A stretch of DNA of 64,000 nucleotides, taken from the NCBI GenBank assembly GCA_050951405.1, contig JBMNIZ010000016.1:65544-129543 (forward strand), in the 5' to 3' direction. Shown here piece by piece: positions 18,498-28,925 of this stretch. Every line of letters starts with the position of its first letter. Position 1 is the first letter of the stretch. The notes beneath the pieces were generated by a model, which did not search any database, was not told the origin of the DNA, and saw only the letters and a program-made list of their open reading frames with translations. This DNA is from Bacillota bacterium (lineage in GTDB: Bacteria > Bacillota > DULZ01). The position numbers and the translations under genes are program-made.

Positions 18498-19763
18498 TTA
18501 ATAATGTGAAAGTTGCAGCAAGCTTCCGGACGTTTTTTCGCCGGGCAACAATACTTTGACCTGGGTCTTGCCCTTTTCCTGAACAATCCTCAACCCGAAA
18601 TCAGCCCCGAAACATAATTGCAACCGGCTGTGAACATTGATCAAGCCCAGGCTATCTTTTTTGACAATCGCGTCCAGACAGTTGGGAAAGTTCTTGACGA
18701 TTTCCGCTGGCATGCCCAATCCGTTATCCTCCACCACCAGCTCAATTCCGTCGTCTAAGGTCCGGCCGCTGATCAAAACGTAGCCATTGCCCTGTTTGGG
18801 TTCAAGACCGTGCATAATGGCATTTTCCACCAAGGGCTGTAAGGTAAAATAAGGCAATTCCACTTCCATCAGCCGGTTATCCATCTCAATTCTATAATTC
18901 AACCTTTCACCAAACCTTATTTTCATTAACTGCAAATAATTCTCCACATTGCGCAGTTCTTCTTTCAGCGTAACTAGTTCACCGGACCTGGTTAAATTGT
19001 ATCTGAGGATTTCTGAGAGGGAGTAAACCACTTCCAAGGCTTCAGTCTTTTTATCTAAGAAAATCAATCCGGACAGAGTATTTAAGGTATTGAAGAGAAA
19101 ATGCGGTTGGATTTGCGATTGAAGATTTTTCAATTCCGCCAAGCGCAAGCTGTTTTCCAGTTCTGTCTTAGTTTTCGATTCTAAAATATGTACTATCTTT
19201 TGTTTCAGTCGCCCTTCCTGTTCTTTTGCCCGAAAAATCAATTCGGTGATATAATTGACCACAAATTGAATCAAGTTGGAGATGGCGGCACACTTTTCAT
19301 GGCTGATCACTTTAATCTGCAAAAAGGAATCCACCAACATCTCCCGAGTAAAGCCCAAATCACTGGTAGCTTTTAACATTTTTCCCAATGTTTTTTCATT
19401 GGGTACTTCCAGGTGGATCTGGCAACAAGTAATTGAACCCAAAAATAAATCTTGCACAATAATCGGCAAGGCCATGACCAAAGCACCCGCATGACAAGGA
19501 GCCATGGCCACCTGCCCTTTGTTGGCCGAGTGAAACCCAACGCTGGCTTTAGATTCGATGCAGCGCCTCAATCCTTTTTCCGTGGAACAGATATATTTAC
19601 AGAAACCGGTATAGTAATTATGCTCCACTAATGGAAATCCTAAATTGTCATTCACATCTATGGTAATATCCATCACATTATTGATACTTTTAATGAATTG
19701 GAGCATTTTATCATTTTCTATGAGAAGCAAAAGTTCCGGTTTTTCTGTTGGCAAGAGCATCAC
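18498..19763 (-). CDS. Sensor histidine kinase with an N-terminal PocR-type ligand-binding domain and no evident TM segments (cytoplasmic), HisKA_3/HATPase_c C-terminus, 421 aa
   Basis: PocR-like Cys/His-rich N-terminus, then QIQPHFLFNTLN (H-box) and a GHKL ATPase (VEDNGLGM). Confidence 0.7.
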   Translation of the reverse strand: MMLLPTEKPELLLLIENDKMLQFIKSINNVMDITIDVNDNLGFPLVEHNYYTGFCKYICSTEKGLRRCIESKASVGFHSANKGQVAMAPCHAGALVMALPIIVQDLFLGSITCCQIHLEVPNEKTLGKMLKATSDLGFTREMLVDSFLQIKVISHEKCAAISNLIQFVVNYITELIFRAKEQEGRLKQKIVHILESKTKTELENSLRLAELKNLQSQIQPHFLFNTLNTLSGLIFLDKKTEALEVVYSLSEILRYNLTRSGELVTLKEELRNVENYLQLMKIRFGERLNYRIEMDNRLMEVELPYFTLQPLVENAIMHGLEPKQGNGYVLISGRTLDDGIELVVEDNGLGMPAEIVKNFPNCLDAIVKKDSLGLINVHSRLQLCFGADFGLRIVQEKGKTQVKVLLPGEKTSGSLLQLSHY

Positions 19764-19999
19764 CCCAAAAGATATTATCGCCCTTTATGCCGGAGCTGAA
19801 AAAAGCCGGTAAAAATAGCAAAAGCAACTTATAAGTAAATAAAATCACAAAATCTAAGCTGCGTCTTTTGCTCAAAATTTTACAGGTCCCATCCAAATTC
19901 CTTTAAAAAAATTTGTTATTCTATTGATTACTGATCTAATCTTTTATAAATATCATATAGCATTTTACTATTTATTTCAATAGCAGCAGTTTTTGCTTT

Positions 20000-21064
20000 C
20001 TATTTGAGCCCATTCCTCTTATAGCTATGTCCCATCCGCGAGGCAAAGTAGAACAGTAGAATCCTGGCAATGGCTGCCGCTGGCACCGCCAACAGCATGC
20101 CCAGAACACCATAAAGCTTGCCGCCCAACAGAAGGACAAAAATTACCGTTAAAGGATGCAGCCCAACGCTGGAGCCCAAAACTTTTGGTGAGATAATATT
20201 GCTCTCCAATTGTTGAACAACCACCATCACCACGAGGACGGAAAGGGCCATCTTTTTGGAATGCAAAATGGCCAGGGCTAGAGCGGGGATGGCCCCAATA
20301 ATAGGCCCAAAGTACGGGATAATATCGGCCAGTCCGGCAATCATACCCAAGAGAAAGGGAAAATCCAGCCCAATGAGAAAAAAACCTGTAGACGTCAGCA
20401 GACCCACGAGCAATGCAACTAGAAGGTGACCTCGGACAAACTTCATCAAAACTTGATCAATTTCCTGCCAAAGGTAGAGAAATTCCCAGCGCCAACGGAC
20501 TGGGATCATCTCCAGAAAACGCCTGCTGATTTCTTTCTGATCGAGGAGGATATAAAAGGCCAGAACAGGAGAGATGATTATGCTGAATGTATGGGAAAAA
20601 ATGCCTAGAAGGCCGCTGATGATTTGTCCCATTGTACCGGTCAAGGCCTGCTCCACATTAAAGATAACGTTATCAATTTCCAGACGAAGGCTTTCCGGAA
20701 TAATAATCCTTTGGTAATCAGCGTAAAAGTCCTGCAAAATTGCATGTACCTGTCTGGTGTAAGTGGGAATGGAATACATCAATACGTCCAGCTGACGCCA
20801 GAAAATAGGAATGAAATAAGTACCCATCAAGGCAAAACCTATGATCAGCAGTAAATAGGTCAGCAGAATACTGCTGCTGCGGGAAAGTTTTTTTTCTTGC
20901 CAAAATTCTACAGCAGGATTTAGTACATAGGCCAAGAAGAAGGCCAGAAAGAAGGGAATGAGGATACTCCTGATCCAATAGAGAAAAACGCCTGCGATAA
21001 ATAGGCCAGCGGCTATCAGAAATAGACGTAGGATTTTGGGGGATATTACCAGTTTATTCACCAC
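20000..21064 (-). CDS. AI-2E (PerM/YhhT/TqsA) family transporter, 354 aa
   Basis: Eight-TM protein with AI-2E-family sequence. Confidence 0.7.
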   Translation of the reverse strand: MVNKLVISPKILRLFLIAAGLFIAGVFLYWIRSILIPFFLAFFLAYVLNPAVEFWQEKKLSRSSSILLTYLLLIIGFALMGTYFIPIFWRQLDVLMYSIPTYTRQVHAILQDFYADYQRIIIPESLRLEIDNVIFNVEQALTGTMGQIISGLLGIFSHTFSIIISPVLAFYILLDQKEISRRFLEMIPVRWRWEFLYLWQEIDQVLMKFVRGHLLVALLVGLLTSTGFFLIGLDFPFLLGMIAGLADIIPYFGPIIGAIPALALAILHSKKMALSVLVVMVVVQQLESNIISPKVLGSSVGLHPLTVIFVLLLGGKLYGVLGMLLAVPAAAIARILLFYFASRMGHSYKRNGLK

Positions 21065-21121
21065 TTTCCTGCCGGTTTCCGGTAGACCCTGGGAAGAAAA
21101 AGTGAGGGGGCAACCCTCACT

Positions 21122-21322
21122 TTACTTTTTCCAGATTTCTTTCACTCCGTCCTTAACTCCTTCCATGGCTCTTTGCGCTTTGACTGAAATGCGTCTGGTC
21201 CGGTTTTGTATATCTGTCATGGCTTCATCCTGGATCTTTTTGCCGGGAGCTGCCAGGAGATTGCTGAGGAAGCCCCCCAGCAATCCTCCGGTGATGACTC
21301 CTCGCCAAAATTCTCTGGCCAT
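21122..21322 (-). CDS. Small hypothetical protein (YtxH-like, Gly-rich amphipathic), 66 aa
   Basis: ORF only. Confidence 0.3.
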   Translation of the reverse strand: MAREFWRGVITGGLLGGFLSNLLAAPGKKIQDEAMTDIQNRTRRISVKAQRAMEGVKDGVKEIWKK

Positions 21323-21342
21323 TTCTTTATACCTCCTCTGCC

Positions 21343-21543
21343 TTAAACATCATTATCCAAAGAAACCAGCTGTCCATCTTCTGCCACTTGGTAAAAACGA
21401 TTATAAGTATCAAACTCAACAAAACAATTCCAACAGTAATATTGATCAGAACCGATTTTTCCTACCTGACGTCCTCCGCAAGCCGGGCAAGGCAACATCC
21501 TATTCCATCCTCCCATATCCTTTGAAGACAAAGGGTTTTTCAT
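21343..21543 (-). CDS. Small C4 zinc-ribbon protein (CPACGG...CWNC), 66 aa
   Basis: Two CxxC pairs in the ORF. Confidence 0.35.
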   Translation of the reverse strand: MKNPLSSKDMGGWNRMLPCPACGGRQVGKIGSDQYYCWNCFVEFDTYNRFYQVAEDGQLVSLDNDV

Positions 21544-21655
21544 CTAGCATTGCCAGAAAACCGAAGAAAAATACAAAAAAGCTCCCGCCGGGAGCCCTTA
21601 TAATAAAAAATATTGACTTTAGGACCTGCCTAAAAAAGCAAAATCACCCGATTTT

Positions 21656-22730
21656 TTAGTTCAATAATTTCCGCTCAATAGTGCCTCCACCCACCACCAA
21701 ATCATTTTGATAGAAGACAACAGCTTGCCCCGGAGTGACTGCCTTCTGCGGCTTGCTGAACTCCACTCGTACACCATCCGCAGTCGGTTTAATCAGAGCC
21801 GGCACTTCGGCAGCCCGATAGCGAATTTTCACGGTACCCAGAAAAGGGCCGGTCAACTCATCAAAGGGCAAAAAATTATTATCGATGGAAATGAGGCCGT
21901 CAGCTTTTAGTTGGGAACTATCACCAACAATGACCGCATTTCGGCTGGGATCAATATCAATAACATAGGCCGGATAACCTAGAGCTAATCCCAGGCCCCT
22001 TCTTTGTCCAATGGTATAATGGGCGATGCCTTGATGCTGCCCCAAAACGTTACCTTCCCGATCAAGGAAAGGACCAGGATTTCTGGCCAGCTCAGATCTT
22101 TCTTGAATGAAACGCCTGTAATCATTGTCGGGGATAAAGCATATTTCCTGGCTTTCCGCCTTGTCAGCTACCGGTAGTCCAAGGTGGCCGGCGATTTGAC
22201 GGATCTGCGATTTCAAATAATCTCCCAACGGAAGCAGTGTCCGCTGCAGCTCCCCTTGCCGGAATCCATAAAGAAAATAAGATTGGTCCTTGTTCCGATC
22301 CTTACCTTTAAGTAAAAGGTACCTTTTTCTTTTTTCGTCGTATTTTATCCTGGCATAATGGCCGGTAGCCACATAGTCTATTTCCAGTTCCCCGGCCTTT
22401 TGTAGCAAAGCCTGAAAGCGAAAAATCCGGTTGCATACAACACAGGGATTAGGGGTACGTCCCCTTAAGTACTCCTTGACAAAATAGTCGATTACTTTTT
22501 GAGAAAAAAGATGCTTGAAATTTAACACATAATGAGGAATATCCAGCTTGCCGGCAACCCGCCTGGCATCTTCTATGGCTGATAAGGAACAGCAACCCAC
22601 TTCTCCTTTGGGCAGGGGAGTCATCATCCGGCCAGATTTGCATAGTAACGCCAGTAACCTGGTACCCCTGTTTTTTCAGTAGATAGGCGGCTATAGAACT
22701 ATCTACCCCTCCACTCATAGCCACCAGCAC
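21656..22730 (-). CDS. mnmA: tRNA-specific 2-thiouridylase MnmA; frameshift near 22600
   Basis: N-terminal PP-loop ([10 protein letters not shown]) in one frame, conserved MnmA body in the next; downstream of nifS/nifU as in Bacillus. Confidence 0.8.
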
Positions 22731-22768
22731 TTTGGATTGGTATCACCCATTTTACCACCTCAGAGGAA

Positions 22769-23143
22769 TCAGCAGGCTTGTCTTTTAGAACAATAGTTTT
22801 CAATGGCTTTTTGCAAAGCATCCGCCGCCAAATTGGAACAGTGCATTTTTTGGGGAGGTAATCCATCCAGGGCTTCTGCCACTTTCTTGTTGGTGATTTC
22901 TCTGGCTTCCTGGAGGGTTTTGCCTTTAACCATTTCTGTAATCATGCTACTGGTAGCAATAGCAGCACCACAGCCAAAAGTCTTGAATTTAATATCGGTA
23001 ATAATGTCTTTTTCCACTTTGATATAGATCCGCATAATATCACCACAAACGGCATTGCCCACTTCCCCTACTCCATCAGCCCCTTCCAGTTCTCCCACAT
23101 TTCTGGGGCTAGTGAAGTGATCCATCACTTTCTCGCTATACAT
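22769..23143 (-). CDS. nifU: Fe-S cluster assembly scaffold NifU/IscU
   Basis: MYSEKVMDHFTSPRNVG...CGD...GCGAA...HCS motifs. Confidence 0.85.
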   Translation of the reverse strand: MYSEKVMDHFTSPRNVGELEGADGVGEVGNAVCGDIMRIYIKVEKDIITDIKFKTFGCGAAIATSSMITEMVKGKTLQEAREITNKKVAEALDGLPPQKMHCSNLAADALQKAIENYCSKRQAC

Positions 23144-24350
23144 AGTGATATATCTCCTCTCCTGCAGAATTATTCTGTTTTTCCACCCGGTCAAATAAAG
23201 GGGACATGGCCCGGAGCCGTTCCACAATAGGAGGCAGTACTTCTAAAACATAATTAATATCTTCTTCAGTATTATCCCTCCCCAAGGTCATCCGCAGGGA
23301 GCCATGGGCAATTTCATGGGGTAGGCCCATGGCCAAAAGGACGTGGGATGGATCCAGTGAGCCAGAAGTACAAGCAGAACCGCTGGAGGCGGCAATCCCT
23401 TTCATGTCCAGATTTAAAAGAAGAGATTCCCCTTCAACATAACGAATACTCACATTAACGTTTCCCGGTACTCTCTTTATTGGATGCCCGTTTAACTGCA
23501 CATGAGGAATGAGATCCATGATTCCGTTAATCAACTTATCTCGTAAATATACCAGCTTTTCTTCCTGATCTAGTTCCAGATGTGCCAGTTCCGCCGCCTT
23601 GCCAAAAGCCACAATGCCTGGCAGATTTTCCGTACCCGGGCGTCTTTTTCTTTCCTGGCCTCCCCCATGCTGGCCAGGTTCAATTTTCGTTCCTTTGCGA
23701 ATATATAAACACCCAACACCTTTGGGACCGTAGATTTTATGGGCTGAAGCCGAAAGTAAATCCACATTGAGGGAGTTTACATCAACGGGGATTTTGCCCA
23801 CGCTCTGTACCGCATCACTGTGGAAAATTACTCCTCTAACCCTGGCCAGTTTCCCGATTTCCTCAATGGGTTGAATGGTGCCCACCTCATTGTTCACATG
23901 CATCACGCTGATGAGGATTGTCTCGGGCCGTAAGAGATTCTCTACATCGTCAACATGAACCAAACCTTCCCTGTCAACTGGTAAGTAAGAGACTTCAAAA
24001 CCTTGTTTTTCCAGGTACTTGCCGCTATCCAGGGCAGCATGGTGCTCAATACTGGAAATGATCACATGGTTGCCCTTTTTTCTATTGGCCAGGGCAGCAC
24101 CGATTATGGCCAGATTGTCTGCTTCAGTACCACCACTGGTGAAAACGATTTCCTCAGGCCTTGCCCCAATCAGACGGGCAACCTGCTCCCTGGCTTCTTC
24201 GAGAGCTTTCTTCCCTATTCGTCCAAAACCATGAATACTGGATGGGTTTCCAAAATACTGAGTTAAATACTTGGCCATAACTTCTGCGACTTCCGGTCGC
24301 ACGGGAGTTGTGGCGCTGTGATCAAGATATACCGTTCTCACCTTTTTCAC
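23136..24350 (-). CDS. nifS: Cysteine desulfurase (NifS/IscS, class V aminotransferase), 404 aa
   Basis: PLP Lys motif (SASAHKIYGPKG) and active-site Cys (SSGSACTS). Confidence 0.85.
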   Translation of the reverse strand: MKKVRTVYLDHSATTPVRPEVAEVMAKYLTQYFGNPSSIHGFGRIGKKALEEAREQVARLIGARPEEIVFTSGGTEADNLAIIGAALANRKKGNHVIISSIEHHAALDSGKYLEKQGFEVSYLPVDREGLVHVDDVENLLRPETILISVMHVNNEVGTIQPIEEIGKLARVRGVIFHSDAVQSVGKIPVDVNSLNVDLLSASAHKIYGPKGVGCLYIRKGTKIEPGQHGGGQERKRRPGTENLPGIVAFGKAAELAHLELDQEEKLVYLRDKLINGIMDLIPHVQLNGHPIKRVPGNVNVSIRYVEGESLLLNLDMKGIAASSGSACTSGSLDPSHVLLAMGLPHEIAHGSLRMTLGRDNTEEDINYVLEVLPPIVERLRAMSPLFDRVEKQNNSAGEEIYHYV

Positions 24351-24400
24351 CTCTTTTAAGAAAATATGAAGACAAATTTTAGATATAGTACATATAAGAA

Positions 24401-24862
24401 TTATTTTCGCTGGAAATTCTTCTCAGCTTCATTACACATGTCTTTCAGTGTAATAGAATCAACCACCTCGGTGATACTGTCCCTCACTCTGGCCCAGATT
24501 TCACGGGTAATACAGGTTTTAGCTCGCCGGCAATCTTCAGGTTCCACTTCATTAACGCATTCTACGGGAGCAATGGGCCCATCCAAAACCCGGATCACAT
24601 CCCCTACTGTGATTTCCTGGGCTGGCTTTCCCAGGAGATACCCACCCTGAGCCCCCCTAATACTTTTGACCAGGCCCGCTTTCCGAAGACTGGAAAAAAG
24701 CTGCTCCAGGTAGTGGTCGGAAATATCCTGCCTTTCAGCAATGCTTCTCAAGGAGACGGGGCCCTCTCCTTGTCTTAAAGCCAGATCGAAAATAGCACGC
24801 AAACCATACTCACCCCTGGTTGTTAACTTCACTAGCCACGCCACCCCTCCCTTGGTCATCAA
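24401..24862 (-). CDS. Rrf2-family transcriptional regulator (IscR/CymR-like)
   Basis: Rrf2 HTH (KLTTRGEYGLRAIFDLA...); upstream of nifS. Confidence 0.8.
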   Translation of the reverse strand: MMTKGGVAWLVKLTTRGEYGLRAIFDLALRQGEGPVSLRSIAERQDISDHYLEQLFSSLRKAGLVKSIRGAQGGYLLGKPAQEITVGDVIRVLDGPIAPVECVNEVEPEDCRRAKTCITREIWARVRDSITEVVDSITLKDMCNEAEKNFQRK

Positions 24863-24950
24863 TTCCTACTGGTTTACTCGGTTTTGTCCTATCATAGCAA
24901 TAAAAAATTTGTTTGTCAATACTAAACCGACCGATTTACTACGAATTAAT

Positions 24951-26268
24951 TTATTCTTTTTTCGGCTTGGCCGAAAGCCTTTCCCTCAATACATTCTCAA
25001 AGCCATTTTCTCCCGGTTGATAATACTTGACTCCGGCCAAGTTGTCCGGTAAGTACTTTTGAAAGACGTAATTCCCAGGGAAATCGTGGGGATACAGGTA
25101 GTCCCTTACCATGTCCCATCTGCCTGGCCCCTGGATAACTGGCATCTCGCAAGTGAATGGGAACCGGTGTCAGGGTTTTATTCCTCACGTCCCCCTGGGC
25201 CTGGTCCATAGCTTTGGTTACCGAATTGCTTTTCGGGGCACAGGCCAGGTAAATTACTGCTTCTGCCAGGGGCAGACGGGCCTCGGGTAGGCCAACAAAT
25301 TCCAAAGCCTGGGCGGCCCCATTGGCAATCAGCAGTGCCTGAGGATCTGCCAAGCCAATGTCCTCGGCAGCCAAAATAATCATGCGCCTGGCGATAAAGC
25401 GAGGATCTTCACCTGCTAGCCAGCATTCTGCTAAACCAGTGCAAGGCCCCATCCGGATCGGAACCTCGCAGGCTTTTGATGAAGGCGGAAATAACATCGT
25501 AATGCTGGTCACCGGTTTTATCGTATAAGACGGCTCTTTGTTGGATGGATTCCTCGGCAATTTCCAGGGTAATGCTCCTTTTTCCTTCAGCATCGGGAGA
25601 AGTAGTCAGGGCAGCCAGTTCCAGAGCATTTAAAGCCCGGCGAGCATCACCCTGAGCCACATCTATAATATGCTCCAAAGCATCGGAACTTATCGAAACT
25701 TGAAGATTTCCCAATCCCCTTTTCTCGTCTTTGAGGGCCCTCTGCGCAATCTCCAGAATATCGTCTCTTTTTAGGGGATATAAAGGAAAAATCAAAGACC
25801 GGGAGAGCAAGGCTCCATTGACTTCAAAATAGGGATTTTCAGTAGTGGCACCAATCAGAGTAATTATGCCCTGTTCTACGGCCGGCAGCAGTGCATCTTG
25901 CTGGGCTTTATTGAAACGGTGAATCTCATCAATAAAGAGAGATAGTTCGTCTTCTGCCACATGCCCAACCTCTCTCCCGCTTCTTCAATAATCTTGCGAA
26001 TATCGCTGATGCTTGCGGAAACAGCATTCAGTTGGATAAATTCCGCCGCAGTGGTTGAAGCAATAACCTTGGCTAAAGCCGTTTTTCCCGTACCGGGAGG
26101 TCCGTAAAAAATTGCTGAGGACAGCTGATCGGCCTGAATGGCACGTCTAAGCAATTTGCCTTCGCCCACAATATGCTCTTGTCCCACATATTCATCCAGA
26201 GAACGGGGCTGCATTCTTAGGGCCAAGGGGAGCATTTTTCCCCAGGTATCGTTCTCTACCATAGTCAA
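24951..26268 (-). CDS. rarA: Replication-associated recombination protein A (RarA/MgsA, AAA+); two frameshifts
   Basis: Three overlapping ORFs that together give the Walker A (GPPGTGKT), the RarA middle and the C-terminal domain. Confidence 0.75.
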
Positions 26269-26391
26269 ACAAATTCACTTTTTCAGCCCTCCCTTAAAAA
26301 AATCACTTTAAGAATGCTAAAGCGGTTAGTTATAACTAACCGCCGGAAAATCCTCGCACACCGCTTCAATTGCCATTTACTGTTCGACTAA

Positions 26392-26733
26392 CTAAAGCAC
26401 TTGAGAAACGAATTTCTTCAAGGCTTCTTTTGGTTGGTAACCAATCAGCTGGCCTGTCAGTTGCCCCTGGTTAAATAGAATCAGGGTGGGAATGCTCATA
26501 ATATCAAATTGGGCTGCGATTTCCCCATAGGAATCAACATCCAGCTTAGCTACCTTGATTTTTCCCCGGTACTCTTCCGCCAATTGTTCCACTAAAGGAG
26601 CAATCATGCGGCAAGGTCCGCACCAACCGGCCCAAAAATCCACCAGTACCGGAATATCGGAATCTAATACTTCCATTTGAAAATTTTCGTCAGTCAAATG
26701 AATAATGTTATTTGATCCAGACATCTGCATCAC
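26392..26733 (-). CDS. trxA: Thioredoxin
   Basis: WCGPC active site, 113 aa. Confidence 0.9.
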   Translation of the reverse strand: MMQMSGSNNIIHLTDENFQMEVLDSDIPVLVDFWAGWCGPCRMIAPLVEQLAEEYRGKIKVAKLDVDSYGEIAAQFDIMSIPTLILFNQGQLTGQLIGYQPKEALKKFVSQVL

Positions 26734-26825
26734 CCTATTTTTAAAATATTTTCAACATCAGCCAGGCAACCGAACGCAAGTTCACCATACTCAGCCGCCA
26801 AATCCTTCCTGCTTGTACAACCTAG

Positions 26826-26885
26826 GGGTATTATAATATACTGTTTTGCCAAATGCAATTATCAAGAGGAACCGGCCAGCAGATC
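26826..26885. repeat. ~55-60-bp direct repeat (…tatactgttttgccaaatgcaattatcaagaggaaccggccagcagatcg), repeated at 28897-28950; target duplication of the IS1634-family insertion
   Basis: Near-perfect duplicate flanking the element; the second copy overlaps the 3' end of tcdA. Confidence 0.8.
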
Positions 26886-28896
26886 GCGTTTCTTTTACAC
26901 CTGATTTAGAGATGCGAATTCTAAACCCCTTGCGGCATAAGGCCTTAAGGGGGAATTTTTTATGAATTTTTGTCATTTTTCCATGGCATTATTTGGCATA
27001 ATGTGGTATAATTAAATAAATATCGACACTCAGAGACGGAGGTTCTTAATGTGTACCTAAAAAAATCTTATCGAAAAGACACGGGGAGGACTTATCTTTC
27101 TATCGCTCAGAAATACAGGGATCCAGAGACAGGTATTTCCACTGACCGTACTGTTAAATCCCTTGGTTACCTTGACGAACTGGAGAAAATATACGATGAC
27201 CCTATCGCCCACTTCAAAGAGCTTGCCCGGAAAATGACTGAAGAGGAAAATGCCCAAAAGAAGTTGACTTTGTCCATCAATATGGAGGAAAAACTTGCTC
27301 CTAATACTGATAACAGAAAGAATTTTGGCTATGCGGCAATTTTAAAGATTTATCATGAATTGGGTTTGGATGTGTTTTTCAAGAATAAGTCCAGGCATGA
27401 GAATTTTAAGTTCAATACGAATTCCATCATGATGCTTTTGGTTATCTCCAGGCTCCTTTCTCCCGGCTCCAAGAAAAAGGCTTTTGAGGAAAAAGGGCGG
27501 TATTTTGAGCGTTTTCATTTTTCTTTGGCGGATGTTTACCGGTCCCTCTCTCATTTTTCGAAGATTGCCAAGGAATTTCAAAGGTATTTGAATGCTCAGA
27601 TCAGTGAGAAGTATGGGCGTAATACTAAGACCATCTATTATGATGTGACCAATTTCTATTTTGAGATTGATGAGGGGGATGAGTTCCGTAAGTTCGGGTT
27701 GTCAAAGGAAAACCGTCGGAATCCTATTGTGCAGATGGGATTGGCTATGGATGCTGATGGGATACCTCTTCATTATGATTTGTTTCCTGGTAATACGGTT
27801 GATAAGGAGACCTTTCGGCCGGTTATCGGGGAAGTAAGAAGAAATTATGATACGGGCAGGATTATTGTTGTTGCTGATATGGGGATTATTACGGGGGATA
27901 ATATTTTTTATCTTCAGGGTAAGGAGAAGGGAAGGAATTTTAACGGTTATGTGTTCAGTTTTTCGGTCAGGGGCGGCACTCAAGAGTTTAAGGAGTATGT
28001 CCTTTCTGATGAGGGTTACGTAGATCAAAATGGCAAGCCTGCCGATGAAAATGCTGATTTCAAGATGAAAAGCAGGGTCATTGCCAGGTAAATCAATGTA
28101 ACGTTGCCTAGTGGAAAAAAGACAAGGAAAACGGTGTATGAAAAGCAGGTGGCTTTCTGGGGAAGAAAATATGCTTTAAAGGCTCAGGCTGAACGGGAAG
28201 AGCTTTTAAAAAAGGCTTTTGATTTGGCGGCTAATCCTCAGAGCTACAATAAGGCTACTTCTTATGGGGCGGCCAGGTATGTGAAGAATCTTAAGTTTGA
28301 TGAGAAGACGGGAGAGGTTCTTGCGGTTAAGGAGCGTCCGGTTGTGGACTGGGAAAGGGTTAGGGAAGAGGCCAAGTATGATGGCTACTATGCGATTGTC
28401 ACCAGTGAATTGGATATGTCTGATGTTGAAATAATTGATACTTACCGGGGTTTGTGGAAGATTGAGGAGACTTTCCGGATTACTAAGGGGGTTTTGGAGA
28501 CCCGCCCGGTGTATGTATCTCTTCAGGATCATATTAATGCTCATTTTTTGATTTGCTTCATCGCGCTTACGATTATGAGGATTATGCAAAGAAAAACGGG
28601 CAATGTTTATTCTGCGGAACAGATTATTGAGTGTCTTCATAGGATTTCTTGCTCAAAGGAGCATGAAAATGTTTATTTGTTCGATTACAGAACTGAGGTT
28701 TCCGATGCTATTGGGAAGGCCTTGGGGATTGATTTTACCAACAAGAGGCTTCGTCTTGGGGACATTAAAAAAATTTTGGGTCAGGTCAAAAAATGAGCTT
28801 TTCCCCTACATCTTTGTGATAAATTCGAAAAGCCGCTAGCTCTTGTGTGGCAAGAGTTTGCGGCTCTTTTTTTGGTGGTTTGCTGTAAAAGTCGGG
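26886..28896 (+). mobile_element. IS1634-family (IS4 superfamily) insertion sequence, ~2.0 kb
   Basis: IS1634-like transposase flanked by a long direct repeat, as IS1634-family elements characteristically show. Confidence 0.7.
27051..28796 (+). pseudogene. IS1634-family DDE transposase interrupted by an in-frame TAA stop at 28089-28091 (346-aa and 230-aa halves in the same frame)
   Basis: (28104-27051) is divisible by 3 and the two ORFs join into one ~580-aa IS1634-type transposase. Confidence 0.6.
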
Positions 28897-28925
28897 ATTA
28901 TATACTGTTTTGCCAAATGCAATTA

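Noticed and set aside
21036-21659. 207-aa plus-strand ORF
   Set aside because: Low-complexity sequence that is antisense to two small minus-strand genes and to the mnmA terminus; spurious
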